A stretch of 64,000 bases of DNA from positions 1,275 through 65,274 of the forward strand of contig JANXXL010000147.1 in NCBI GenBank assembly GCA_025350625.1. Reading direction: 5' to 3'. Position numbers and translations under genes: made by a program. Of the stretch, positions 54,668-64,000 are shown in pieces (position 1 is the first letter of the stretch; every line of letters starts with the position of its first letter). Under the pieces are notes generated by a model. The model saw only the letters and a program-made list of their open reading frames with translations, ran no database searches and was not told where the DNA came from. Source of the stretch: Bryobacterales bacterium. GTDB lineage: Bacteria; Acidobacteriota; Terriglobia; Bryobacterales; Bryobacteraceae.

Positions 54668-55573
54668 TCAGGACGTTCGCATCAGCCAAATACTTCCGCC
54701 CTCGTTCTCGAGACAGAGGGGCATCTGCCGGGCCAGATCCTCGCGCAAGCGGTGCCAGGCGAAATTGTTCCAGTAAACAATCTCAAAGGCTGAATTGTAC
54801 TGCAGGAAGGCGCGAATCAAATACGCCTCATTCCAGCTGCGTTTCTCTTTCAGAACCCATTCCTCGAGATATTCGAAAGCGTAGAAGATATCGTGAATGT
54901 GGACCAGCACGCCCGGCTTCAAAACCGGCAGGATTTCGAAAACGAAATAGTTCACGTCGCTGCCGGTTTTGCTGATGTGAGACGAATCAAGGAAAAGAAT
55001 GTCGTTCTTCGAGAGTTGTTCGAATGTGGCCAGCGGAATATCCTGCGCGGGAGTGCAAATCCGGCGTGCCTTTAGCGATTCCAGCCCGCTGTCGAGCGAG
55101 GGATCGATGAACGTCAGTTCCGTCGCGCCTTTAAAAAACCGCTCGTTTGTGTCCAAAAGCAAACGCGAACTGTGACCGCATCCTATTTCAATCACCCGAC
55201 GGGGCCTGAATTCCAAAAGCATGGAGAACAAAATACTGGCATCGTGGCAGCCGAAAAACGGGTTTTCGAAGTAAAAGCGATAGTCCGTTTGCTGATGGCG
55301 CGGAAACGAGAAATGGCGATGCTGCTCCGCCAGCCGCGTCATCATGGCCTTCATTTTTCCGGCGTCGATGGCGACTCCGGCAGGCAAAGGTGCGCTGGCA
55401 CGGCTACGAACGGCGTCGATGACGTGCGGTTCGTGTACATCTACGATGGGAGAATAGAAATGGCCGGGCGGATAACTGATGTTGGCGAGAAGCGCTTCCA
55501 AATGCTCGCAATGCCGCTTTAGTCGGTCGCGTTCCGCAAGGACGTCTTGAAGCACGCTCGGTTCTGCATCCAC
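54668..55573 (-). CDS. class I SAM-dependent methyltransferase-like protein
   Basis: 301 aa. VIEIGCGHSSRLLLD (motif I-like) and ILFLDSSH...VLVHIHDI pattern. Function otherwise unknown. Confidence 0.55.
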   Translation of the reverse strand: MDAEPSVLQDVLAERDRLKRHCEHLEALLANISYPPGHFYSPIVDVHEPHVIDAVRSRASAPLPAGVAIDAGKMKAMMTRLAEQHRHFSFPRHQQTDYRFYFENPFFGCHDASILFSMLLEFRPRRVIEIGCGHSSRLLLDTNERFFKGATELTFIDPSLDSGLESLKARRICTPAQDIPLATFEQLSKNDILFLDSSHISKTGSDVNYFVFEILPVLKPGVLVHIHDIFYAFEYLEEWVLKEKRSWNEAYLIRAFLQYNSAFEIVYWNNFAWHRLREDLARQMPLCLENEGGSIWLMRTS

Positions 55574-55582
55574 GTTGTCTCG

Positions 55583-56605
55583 TTAGCCCAAAACCGGAGC
55601 TGCCGCCAACTCGCGCTCGAAGAAAGCATCCACCAATCCCAGGATCTGAGCGGTATCGTGCGCATGATAAATGCTGGCCCGGAGTTGAGCGCCGTTGCGC
55701 ACGCCGTGCGTGAAATAGGTGGCGAACTGCTTCATCTTGCCCACAGCATCCATAGCCCGATAGTCTTCGAGCATCCCGTAATAGCGCCGCATGATTTCGT
55801 AGCGGGCCTTTTCCGGAGGCGTTTCGTAACGCCCGGTTAAAGCATAGTCTTCGATCTGGCGGAAGATCCAGGGATTCGAGGAGGCGGTGCGGCCCACCAT
55901 TACGGCGTCGCATCCAGTCTCACGAACCATTCGAACTGCATCCTCCGGAGTGACAATATCGCCGTTGCCGATCACCGGAATCTTGATGGCCGCTTTCACC
56001 TCGGCGATGCGGGTCCAATCCGCGTGGCCGCTATAGCCTTGCTCCCGCGTGCGCGGATGCAGCGCGATGGCCTGTAGCCCGCAATCTTCGGCGAGCTGGG
56101 CCATGCGAACCGTCACCAGCTCGCGGTCATTCCAGCCGGCTCGGAACTTCATCGTGAGGGGGATGGAGATGGCGGCACGCACGTTGCGCAGGATTTTTTC
56201 GACCAACGGAAGATCGCGAAGCAGACCCGAACCGCCATTGCAGGTCACCACTTTCTTGACCGGACAGCCAAAGTTGATATCGACGATATCGAAGCCCATG
56301 TCCTCGCAGTGCCGCGCCGCGTCCGCCATCACCCCCGGGTCGGAGCCAAATAACTGCGCGGAGATAGGATGCTCTTCGGGATCGAAGTACAGATAACGGA
56401 ACGTGCGCGTGGGTTTAGTCGCGCGCGCAGCGGCCACCACGCCATGCGAACTCGTGAACTCGGTCATGATGAGACCGCATCCGCCCTGATTGCGAATCAG
56501 ACGGCGGAAAACCGTGTCCGTGACTCCGGCCATGGGCGCGAGTACCGTAGCCGGAGCAATCTTGACCGGACCAATCTGGAGTGTGCGCGGAACCACTTCT
56601 ACCAT
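55583..56605 (-). CDS. dusB: tRNA-dihydrouridine synthase
   Basis: Start taken at MVEVVPRTLQIGPVKIAPATVLAPMAGVTD. INFGCP, catalytic-region and KIPVIGNGDI motifs. The ORF-track start at 56824 would overlap fabD. Confidence 0.85.
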   Translation of the reverse strand: MVEVVPRTLQIGPVKIAPATVLAPMAGVTDTVFRRLIRNQGGCGLIMTEFTSSHGVVAAARATKPTRTFRYLYFDPEEHPISAQLFGSDPGVMADAARHCEDMGFDIVDINFGCPVKKVVTCNGGSGLLRDLPLVEKILRNVRAAISIPLTMKFRAGWNDRELVTVRMAQLAEDCGLQAIALHPRTREQGYSGHADWTRIAEVKAAIKIPVIGNGDIVTPEDAVRMVRETGCDAVMVGRTASSNPWIFRQIEDYALTGRYETPPEKARYEIMRRYYGMLEDYRAMDAVGKMKQFATYFTHGVRNGAQLRASIYHAHDTAQILGLVDAFFERELAAAPVLG

Positions 56606-56606
56606 T

Positions 56607-57542
56607 TTAGACGGAAGCGGCCGCCGAGAGCTTTCCCCAATCCGCAGCTTCACCGAATTTAAAACCCACCAGCGACGGATCAATGTTACGCAGCAGTCCG
56701 GTGAGCACTCCACCGGCGCCCACTTCGATAAATCGTGTGACGCCGGCGGCCGCCAGAGTCCGCACGGAATCACCCCAAAGCACCGGGTTAGGCACCTGTT
56801 GATAGAGTCCCTCACGGGCTTCATCGCCCAACCAGATTTCGCGAGCCTGCCAGTTATTAATAAGGGGCACGGAAAGATCGCGGAATTCGGTGGCGTCGAG
56901 ATCGGCTTTCAGCCTCTTCTGCGCGGGTTCCATCAGGAGGCAATGGAAAGGGGCGCTGACTGGCAATATGACGGCGCGGCGGGCCCCCGCGGCTCTCGCG
57001 AGCTCGGCCGCACGTTCCACCGCCCCTGCATGACCTGCGATGGCGATCTGGTCGGGCGAATTGAGATTGGCGGCCGCGACTACTTGGCCTTGTCTGGCTT
57101 CGGCGAGAATCTGGTCGAGCTTCCCCTCGGGTAGCTTCAGCAGAGCCGCCATTGCACCCACGCCGTCCGGTACCGCCTCCTGCATATAGCGGCCGCGCTT
57201 TTGAACCAGTCGCAGAGCATCCTCGAATTTAAGTGAGCCGGCCGCCACTAACGCGGAGTACTCGCCTAAACTGTGCCCCGCCACATAATCGGGAGTCATC
57301 CCTTTGCTCCGCAGCACAGCCAGCGCCGCGACGCTCACTGTGAGTAGCGCAGGCTGCGTAATTTCGGTCCGCTTTAACTCCTCTTCGGGACCTTCAAAAC
57401 ACAACTCTGAAATAGAGATTCCGAGCGCGGAGTCGGCCTCTTCAAAGATGGGGGAAGCTTCGGGATAGGCCTCGGCCAGCGATTTGCCCATACCGGCAAA
57501 CTGGGATCCCTGGCCTGGAAAAAGGAAAGCGGTTTTGAACAT
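56607..57542 (-). CDS. fabD: malonyl CoA-acyl carrier protein transacylase
   Basis: MFKTAFLFPGQGSQFAGMG, active site VAGHSLGEYSALVAAG, 311 aa. Confidence 0.9.
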   Translation of the reverse strand: MFKTAFLFPGQGSQFAGMGKSLAEAYPEASPIFEEADSALGISISELCFEGPEEELKRTEITQPALLTVSVAALAVLRSKGMTPDYVAGHSLGEYSALVAAGSLKFEDALRLVQKRGRYMQEAVPDGVGAMAALLKLPEGKLDQILAEARQGQVVAAANLNSPDQIAIAGHAGAVERAAELARAAGARRAVILPVSAPFHCLLMEPAQKRLKADLDATEFRDLSVPLINNWQAREIWLGDEAREGLYQQVPNPVLWGDSVRTLAAAGVTRFIEVGAGGVLTGLLRNIDPSLVGFKFGEAADWGKLSAAASV

Positions 57543-57550
57543 GGATAAGC

Positions 57551-57847
57551 TTGGGACGCGCCTCCTGCAATGTTACAACGTCCTTCGTCAACTGTTATAG
57601 TGGAGGGGTGAGACGCAAACGCCCAGCAGTCCCGGTGGCCGATCCCGAGGTTTCAGTCATTCCGCAGGCTCTGATTGAAGAAGCCAAGCGGGCGATTGAG
57701 TCTGACCGGATGAAGCAGACTGCTCGCTGCAGCGTGTGCAGCGAAGAATGCGCTCCAAACTCCACCGAAGGTTTGTGCTGGGTCTGCCGCCGCCTGAAAC
57801 TGAGCGCATGGCGCGATTCCGACACCCAAATGCCGGTGCAGGAATAG
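57551..57847 (+). CDS. small Cys-rich hypothetical protein (possible zinc ribbon)
   Basis: Contains CSVCSEEC...CWVC. Start ambiguous (TTG 57551 or GTG 57608). No family recognised. Confidence 0.3.
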   Translation: MGRASCNVTTSFVNCYSGGVRRKRPAVPVADPEVSVIPQALIEEAKRAIESDRMKQTARCSVCSEECAPNSTEGLCWVCRRLKLSAWRDSDTQMPVQE

Positions 57848-57851
57848 CGAT

Positions 57852-58742
57852 CTAGGCTAGCCTCTCATAAACGTAGGCCGCAGCAGCGACGTCTTCCACC
57901 CCCAAACCGCACGATTTGAAAATAGTGACCGGCGCACCCGCAGGACGGTGTTCGATCTTGGCGAGATCGACGATGCGGCGATCGTTCCAGTCGACTGGCG
58001 CGAGAATAAAATCTCCCGCTTCAATTTTGGCCACCTCGATCGAATCGACAGCGAGCAGGTCCGCGCGGTGCACCAGACGCGAAGGCAACTCGCGGCGCTG
58101 TTCCCGATTGGACCCCATAGCGTTAATGTGGACTCCGCTTTCGCCCGCCACAATCCAGGCGTCCTCGATCACCGGGTCTTTCGCATAGGTCGCCGTAACC
58201 ACAATATCTGCGCCCCGCACGGCCTCCTCTGCGGAAGCGGCGGCGCGAGCTTGGTTGGCGGCAGCGAACGCGTCGCGCTTTTCCTGGCTGCGGCTCCATA
58301 CTCGAATTTCTTTCAAATCCCGCACGCAACGAATGGCGTCGATCTGCGACTGTGCTTGAAAGCCGCTACCGATCACGGCCAGCGTGGAGGCTTCCGGCGC
58401 CGCGAGAACATCCGTGGCGTAGCCGGAGGCCGCACCCGTTCGAATCTGCCCCAGGTAATTGGCCTCGAACTGCGCCAGAGGCCTCGCGGTTTCACCGTCA
58501 AACAGAAAGAAAAAGAAATGCGAGCCGTATTTGGGATTGGTCGAATAGAACTTGGTACCAAAGTATTTGCCAAAGACTCCGCCCAGGCTGTGCAGCGTCG
58601 AGCCGTTGTCCAAAACGATGCGGCGGCGCGGCTGGTTCGAAGCCTTGCCATTTCGCAGCGCCAGGAACGTCTGGCGCATGATACGGACGCATTCCTCCAT
58701 CGAAAGATGTTCACGAACCTGTTCTTCGGTGACGTGGAGCAT
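57852..58742 (-). CDS. ornithine cyclodeaminase / mu-crystallin family protein
   Basis: 296 aa. LGQIRTGAASGYATDVLA and VIGSGFQAQSQIDA (Rossmann) motifs. Confidence 0.8.
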   Translation of the reverse strand: MLHVTEEQVREHLSMEECVRIMRQTFLALRNGKASNQPRRRIVLDNGSTLHSLGGVFGKYFGTKFYSTNPKYGSHFFFFLFDGETARPLAQFEANYLGQIRTGAASGYATDVLAAPEASTLAVIGSGFQAQSQIDAIRCVRDLKEIRVWSRSQEKRDAFAAANQARAAASAEEAVRGADIVVTATYAKDPVIEDAWIVAGESGVHINAMGSNREQRRELPSRLVHRADLLAVDSIEVAKIEAGDFILAPVDWNDRRIVDLAKIEHRPAGAPVTIFKSCGLGVEDVAAAAYVYERLA

Positions 58743-58792
58743 AAAGGACAGTGTACACGCTCATCTGCCACCTGCCATTGCATAATGAAAAC

Positions 58793-59764
58793 ATGCCTTT
58801 TCCGGTCCACCGCCCCCGCCGCCTGCGCGTGACCGAGTCCATGCGCCGCCTGGTGCGCGAGACCCACCTCGAACCCGACCAATTGGTGTTGCCCCTTTTC
58901 GTGCGTCCCGGCGAAGGCGTGCGCAATGCGATCTCATCCATGCCCGGCCAGTCGCAGCTTTCGATCGATCAACTGGTGCGCGAATGCGAATCGGTTCACG
59001 CTCTGGGCGTCGGTGGCGTCATTCTATTCGGAATCCCGGAGACGAAAGACGAGCAGGCTTCCGGCGCTTACGCCAACGACGGCATCACCCAACAGGCCGT
59101 GCGAGCGGTCAAAAAAGCCGTGCCTGATCTTATTGTCATGACGGACGTCTGCAATTGCGAATACACCAGCCACGGCCATTGCGGAAAGGTTGTCGGTCAC
59201 GACGTCGATAACGATGCAACTCTAGAGTGGCTGGCGAAAACCGCCGTCTCGCACGCCCGCGCCGGAGCCGATATGGTAGCGCCCTCCGATATGATGGACG
59301 GGCGCGTCGCCGCTATCCGCACCGCGCTAGACGCTGAAGGCTTCTCGAATACCCCGATCTTCGCCTACGCTGCAAAATTCGCTTCGGTTTTCTACGGCCC
59401 GTTTCGCGAAGCGGCCGAATCCACGCCGCAGTTTGGCGATCGCCGCAGCTACCAGATGGACCCCGCTAACGGCCGCGAAGCCCTGCACGAAATGCAACTC
59501 GACCTCGAAGAGGGCGCCGACCTGCTCATGGTAAAGCCGGCAGGCCCCTACCTCGACCTGATCCGCCAGGCGCGCGACCGCTTCGATGTTCCCATCGGCG
59601 CCTATCAGGTTTCGGGCGAGTACAGCATAATCCACGCCGCCGCGCAAAACGGCTGGCTCGATCTCGATCGGGCCATGCTCGAATCCCTAACCTCCATCCG
59701 CCGCGCCGGCGCCGGCGTGATCCTTACCTACTTTGCCCCCGATGTCGCGCGGGCCCTCGCTTAG
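58793..59764 (+). CDS. hemB: porphobilinogen synthase (delta-aminolevulinate dehydratase), Zn-type
   Basis: Start at [23 protein letters not shown]. Cys-rich zinc site [14 protein letters not shown]. Active-site region with [10 protein letters not shown]. Confidence 0.9.
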   Translation: MPFPVHRPRRLRVTESMRRLVRETHLEPDQLVLPLFVRPGEGVRNAISSMPGQSQLSIDQLVRECESVHALGVGGVILFGIPETKDEQASGAYANDGITQQAVRAVKKAVPDLIVMTDVCNCEYTSHGHCGKVVGHDVDNDATLEWLAKTAVSHARAGADMVAPSDMMDGRVAAIRTALDAEGFSNTPIFAYAAKFASVFYGPFREAAESTPQFGDRRSYQMDPANGREALHEMQLDLEEGADLLMVKPAGPYLDLIRQARDRFDVPIGAYQVSGEYSIIHAAAQNGWLDLDRAMLESLTSIRRAGAGVILTYFAPDVARALA

Positions 59765-59841
59765 CGGGAAAGGCCGACATATACTAAACGGCAGGGCCGA
59801 AGCCTTTGGTTCCGTTGCCGGCCTATTGGAGGAGGTAGAAC

Positions 59842-60894
59842 ATGAGAACCGTCGTCCTGGTAATCCTACTGTCCGCGCCGGTCACTTTCTTGAATGCGCA
59901 GTGGCTGAATCGTCCAACCGCAGGCATTCCGCGCACTACGGGCGGCAAACCAAACCTCACGGCTCCCACTCCGCGGACATCCGACGGCAAACCCGACCTT
60001 TCCGGCGTCTGGGATAGAATTTCGGCGAAGTATGGAGCCAACATCGCCGCCGACTTGAAGCCTGAGGAGATCCAGCCTTCCGCGCAGGCTCTAGTCAAGC
60101 AGCGCGTGGAGGACTTGGGTAAGGACCACATGGCCATCCTTTGTCTCCCCCTCGGCCCGGGCTACAGCACTGCTCAGCGGTTTGTGAAGATTATCCAGAC
60201 TCCCTCGGTCATCGTCCTGCTCGATGAAGATCTCACCTATCGCCAGATCTACCTCGACGGCCGCACGTTAGAAACCGACCCGCAGCCCACTTGGATGGGA
60301 TACTCAGTGGGCCATTGGGATGGCGACACGCTTGTGGTCGAGAGCAATGGATTCAATGATCGGACTTGGCTCGATACCATGGGCCATCCTCACACGGAGG
60401 CACTACGCACCATCGAACGCTACCGCCGGCCGGATTTCGGTCACCTCGAAATGCAGATGACGTTCGAGGACCGGGCCGTCTACGCCAAACCGTGGACAGT
60501 GAAAATCAATTCGCTGCTCGCTCCGGATACCGAGTTAATCGAAGCGGTTTGCAAGGATAATGCCAAGAGCCTGGAGCATTGGGTAGGAAAAGCCTCCGAT
60601 GAACAGAAAACCGAAGTAAAGGTCGCCCCCGCGATCTTAGCGAAATACGCCGGCACGTATGTGGAGCAGCCCAAATTCTGGCGCACCCTGCCCAGAACCA
60701 TCGAGATTTCGGTTTCCGGCGACACCTTATTCGGCGATCTCGATGGCAGAGGGAAAGTGCGGCTCAGCGCGCAATCGCAAACCAATTTCACCGGCATTCA
60801 GGGCGGTATCGATTTCGTACAGAAAGATCCGGCGGCGCCCGTGGACCTCTTCGTGAAGCACGTCTCAGGCAATTACAGATTTGCCAAGAAATAG
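59842..60894 (+). CDS. secreted hypothetical protein
   Basis: 350 aa. Strong RBS ggaggagg, signal peptide MRTVVLVILLSAPVTFLNAQ. No family recognised. Confidence 0.5.
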   Translation: MRTVVLVILLSAPVTFLNAQWLNRPTAGIPRTTGGKPNLTAPTPRTSDGKPDLSGVWDRISAKYGANIAADLKPEEIQPSAQALVKQRVEDLGKDHMAILCLPLGPGYSTAQRFVKIIQTPSVIVLLDEDLTYRQIYLDGRTLETDPQPTWMGYSVGHWDGDTLVVESNGFNDRTWLDTMGHPHTEALRTIERYRRPDFGHLEMQMTFEDRAVYAKPWTVKINSLLAPDTELIEAVCKDNAKSLEHWVGKASDEQKTEVKVAPAILAKYAGTYVEQPKFWRTLPRTIEISVSGDTLFGDLDGRGKVRLSAQSQTNFTGIQGGIDFVQKDPAAPVDLFVKHVSGNYRFAKK

Positions 60895-60974
60895 TTTGTT
60901 TTCCCCTGCGAGCTCCGTGCCGACTGGTCGCAGCGCTTGGAAAAAAGTGGTAGTCTAACCACGAAACGAAGGAG

Positions 60975-62522
60975 ATGCACATGAAAAATGCGTTATCGAT
61001 TTCCGCATTGCTGCTGGCGATGAGCCAACAGCATCCGGTGCTGGCCCAAGGAAGCGCCGATGCCCTCATCAAGCAGGCCGTCGCCGCGCAAGGGGGCGCC
61101 GAGCTGCGTGGATTGAAGAGCCTCGCAATCAAGGGCGACGCCAAGTTCTGGGAACCGGGACAGTCCTTCGCGCCCGGCGGTGAGCCACGCTTCCTGGGCG
61201 ATGCGACCTTCGACGTTACCTGGGATATAGCCCAGGCGCGGGCGCGCACCGTTTGGGATCGCGATCAGAAATACCCGGAGCCGGTGAAACTAAAATACAC
61301 GGAAAGCGTGCTGCCAACCCTCGGCTTCGTCACCGATGAGAAGGGCAGCCAGCCGATGTCCAGCATCCGCATCGCCGCGCACCAGCGCGAGCTCGAGCGC
61401 GCTTCGCCCTGGCTGCTGGTCAAAGCCATGGACGATTCGGCTAATGTCCGTGCGGCGGGGACTCAACGGCTCGGCCAGCAGTCGCTGCCCGCTGTATCCT
61501 ATACCGAAGGCGGCAACACGTTCACCATCTTGTTCGATCGCAAGACGCATCTGCCCGCCGCCATCCGCACCCGCGATGACGATAACATCAGCGGCGATTC
61601 GAACTACGATCTGATCCTGGCGGACTGGAAAACGGTCAGCGGCGCGCAGATCGCCCAATCGCTTTCTTACCGGATCAACGGCATTGAGGTGGCAAAACTC
61701 AGTTACCGCGAGATCAGCGCGAATCCCGCAATCTCAGCCAGCATGTTTGCCGTCCCCCCGGCCGTGCAGGCATCGGCCAAGCCGCCCGCGACCGCAAATG
61801 TGCCATATCAATGGGTATTGCGGCGGATTTTCCTGAGCCGGTTCCTCGACAGCGATAACATTATTTTCCCCAATGGCGGCGGTCTCAAACTGGTGGAGCT
61901 AGCGCCCAATGTGCAACATGTCGAGGGTGGAACAGCCACCAACCTGATCGTCGCGATGAAGGACCATCTGGTCATCTTCGATGCCCCGTATGGCGAGTTG
62001 CAATCGCGCTGGGTGATCGACGCGGCGAAGGCCAAGTATCCTGGCAAACCGATTCGCTATCTAGTCCTGACCCATCACCACATGGATCATACCGGCGGTA
62101 TACGGACGTTTGTGGCTGAAGGCGCGAAGCTGATCGTTCCGGTTGGGGACAAGGCGTACTTCGAAAAGGATCTCAAGTCGCCTCACACGATCGTTCCCGA
62201 CGATCTACAGAAGAAGCCTCGGACCACCGAGATCGTAGAGCTAAAGGATCAGATGACGCTTAAGGACGACACCAGCGAAATTCGGCTCTACATCGTTCCT
62301 AATCCACACGTCCAGACCATGATGATCGGCCACATTGTGACGGGTAATGTTCTATTTGTCACCGATCTCATTTCACCCCGCGGTCCGATCGAGCGGTCGG
62401 AAGCCACCGTCGCGGTAGGCCAAGTCCTGCGGAAATACGGCATAACGGGTACTACGATTGCCGGTGGCCATGGAACCACCGCCAAGCAATCCGATATCGA
62501 GCAGACCCTGGCGGCGAATTAG
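60975..62522 (+). CDS. secreted MBL-fold metallo-hydrolase with an N-terminal extra domain
   Basis: 515 aa, signal peptide. LVLTHHHMDHTGG (HxHxDH motif), later GGHG. Confidence 0.7.
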   Translation: MHMKNALSISALLLAMSQQHPVLAQGSADALIKQAVAAQGGAELRGLKSLAIKGDAKFWEPGQSFAPGGEPRFLGDATFDVTWDIAQARARTVWDRDQKYPEPVKLKYTESVLPTLGFVTDEKGSQPMSSIRIAAHQRELERASPWLLVKAMDDSANVRAAGTQRLGQQSLPAVSYTEGGNTFTILFDRKTHLPAAIRTRDDDNISGDSNYDLILADWKTVSGAQIAQSLSYRINGIEVAKLSYREISANPAISASMFAVPPAVQASAKPPATANVPYQWVLRRIFLSRFLDSDNIIFPNGGGLKLVELAPNVQHVEGGTATNLIVAMKDHLVIFDAPYGELQSRWVIDAAKAKYPGKPIRYLVLTHHHMDHTGGIRTFVAEGAKLIVPVGDKAYFEKDLKSPHTIVPDDLQKKPRTTEIVELKDQMTLKDDTSEIRLYIVPNPHVQTMMIGHIVTGNVLFVTDLISPRGPIERSEATVAVGQVLRKYGITGTTIAGGHGTTAKQSDIEQTLAAN

Positions 62523-62569
62523 TCGCCAATTCACAGTCAGCTAGCGCGGGCGCCATCGTTACACTAATC

Positions 62570-63259
62570 GTGATGGCACTCAACCTACGAACGCAGCAGC
62601 GGATCGCCCGCGCGCTGGCCGCCTGGTGCCTGGTGTTCCTCGTCGTACTGGCCGGCCGGCCCTCTTTCACCAACGCTTCACTGCCGGTTCGCGGAGTAGC
62701 CGATTCCGTGATCGCGCTCCAAATGGCCCGCAACACCGATGAAGTGGAAGCCATACTCGGTGAGACTCCCAGCGCCGACCGTGAAGTGATGCGCGTCAAG
62801 CAATACGTCGATTTCTCCTTGATCGCAGGTTATTTCGCCCTCGCTATGCTGATTGCGGCGGCACTCAAGCGAAGTGGACGACGGCGGATCGCTCCCATAA
62901 TCAATCTCCTGGCAATCGTAGCGGCCGCGCTCGATATTCGCGAAAATTTCGCCACATTGCGCGTGGTGAATCTTAGTTTGAGCCAGCTCACCCCTGCCCT
63001 GCTGGACTCACTTCGCTTCACCAGCATTGCCAAGTGGATAGCGTTAACCGCCGCCATGGCGCTGCTTGCAACCGTCGCCGTCACGCGCCGGCGCTGGTAT
63101 CCACGGGCCGCCGGGCTCCTCAGCCTAGCCGGTTGCGTATTCACCGCCGCAGGCCTGTTTTATAACGCGCTTCTGGCATGGGGCGGGCTCTTTATGTTGC
63201 TCGGCCTCCTGCTGACGGCTGTTACGCTGAAAGAACTAACGTATGAATCCGCTACTTGA
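62570..63259 (+). CDS. integral membrane protein, unknown function
   Basis: 229 aa, about 6 hydrophobic helices. No motif recognised. Confidence 0.45.
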   Translation: MMALNLRTQQRIARALAAWCLVFLVVLAGRPSFTNASLPVRGVADSVIALQMARNTDEVEAILGETPSADREVMRVKQYVDFSLIAGYFALAMLIAAALKRSGRRRIAPIINLLAIVAAALDIRENFATLRVVNLSLSQLTPALLDSLRFTSIAKWIALTAAMALLATVAVTRRRWYPRAAGLLSLAGCVFTAAGLFYNALLAWGGLFMLLGLLLTAVTLKELTYESAT

Positions 63260-64000
63260 AATTTCCTTCCGTGTACCCTTCGACAAGATCCACCCCTCCG
63301 ACGTAGAGCCGGCCATCGGTGAACTGCTGGCCGACGCCGCACGCCGTCTTACGGAGACCATAGCCAGTCCGCAACCGGTTCATGCGCTCGACACCATGAC
63401 CGAGCGTCTCGAATACGCCATGAGCGTCGTGCGCCATCTCGAAAGCGTAGCCACCACCCCGGAGTTGCGCGCCGCATTCAATGCCGTCCAGCCGAAGGTC
63501 AGCGCGTTCTACTCCAGCCTTCCCCTGAATCAGGAATTGTGGAACGCCGTCAAGCGTTATGCCGCTACCTCTGAAGCCCAGGTTTTGACCGGCGCCATGA
63601 AGCGCTATCTGACCAAGACCGTCGATTCATTCAAACGTCACGGCGCAGATCTTCCGCCCGCCGGCAAAGTGCGTCTCAAAGAAATCGACGTCGCGCTGAC
63701 CGAGGCCACCACGAAATTTTCCGAGAATGTGCTGGACTCGACCAACGCCTACGAATTGCTGCTCACTGACGAGAAGCAGCTCGCAGGATTGCCGCCCACC
63801 GCCGTTTCCGCGGCGCGCGCGGCGGCAGAATCCAAAGGTAAGCCCGGATGGCGCTTCACGCTGCACGGCCCCAGCTACGTCGCTCTTATGACATACCTCG
63901 ACGATGCAGCCATTCGCGAACAGGTATGGCGTGCCTATAATACTCGCGCTGCCGCCGAGCCCCATGACAATCGCCAACTCCTGATAAAGATTCTGGAACT
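63243..64000 (+). CDS. M3-family oligopeptidase (oligopeptidase A/Dcp-like), N-terminal part; continues beyond the right edge
   Basis: Not in the ORF track (no stop in the window). Own translation from ATG 63243: MNPLLEISFRVPFDKIHPSDVEPAIGELLADA...KRYLTKTVDSFKRHGADLPPAGKVRLKEIDVALTEATTKFSENVLDSTNAYELLL, the typical N-terminal helical region of M3 peptidases. The HExxH site lies outside the window. Confidence 0.7.
   Translation, partial: MNPLLEISFRVPFDKIHPSDVEPAIGELLADAARRLTETIASPQPVHALDTMTERLEYAMSVVRHLESVATTPELRAAFNAVQPKVSAFYSSLPLNQELWNAVKRYAATSEAQVLTGAMKRYLTKTVDSFKRHGADLPPAGKVRLKEIDVALTEATTKFSENVLDSTNAYELLLTDEKQLAGLPPTAVSAARAAAESKGKPGWRFTLHGPSYVALMTYLDDAAIREQVWRAYNTRAAAEPHDNRQLLIKILE

Overview
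High-GC (roughly 60% by eye) chromosomal segment from a diderm bacterium, shown by BamA/TamB and a Wza-type exporter. The gene content is reminiscent of Acidobacteriota, but that is only an impression. The left edge carries housekeeping genes tlyA-ispA-xseB and an intact tRNA-Val(CAC) at 1899-1975. The last 47-49 nt of that tRNA recur as a direct repeat at 32163-32209. The ~30 kb in between therefore looks like a tRNA-integrated genomic island with no recognisable integrase. Its cargo is: (i) an ISL3-family transposase remnant whose 13-bp terminal inverted repeats (1999-2011 / 5366-5378) enclose a ParE/Phd toxin-antitoxin pair and a secreted DxDDTA (terpene-cyclase-like) protein; (ii) a UbiA-type prenyltransferase plus a polytopic membrane protein; (iii) a large co-directional Wzx/Wzy-type polysaccharide locus (8594-31691) with a Wza-like exporter, a Wzc-like tyrosine kinase, 7 glycosyltransferases, a WecA-like initiating transferase with an unusual C-terminal fusion, two acyl/acetyltransferases, a frameshifted AsnB-like amidotransferase, a flippase, two Wzy/ligase-like proteins and an SDR epimerase/dehydratase. 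To the right of the island lie a GMC oxidoreductase, a ModA-like binding protein, an OmpR/HK two-component pair and a STAS protein. They are followed by a truncated histidine-kinase pseudogene with an in-frame TAA and a ~1220-aa CheB-CheR-PAS-HK fusion split by a frameshift in a T4G4 run. Next come a translationally coupled BamA/SurA_N-like/TamB operon and core genes (rnhA, dusB, fabD, hemB, peptidases). No rRNA, CRISPR array, prophage or recognisable defence system was seen. There are several reading-frame disruptions in 64 kb, so either gene decay or assembly indels need to be checked. All functional calls rest on motif recognition in the translations; no database search was possible.
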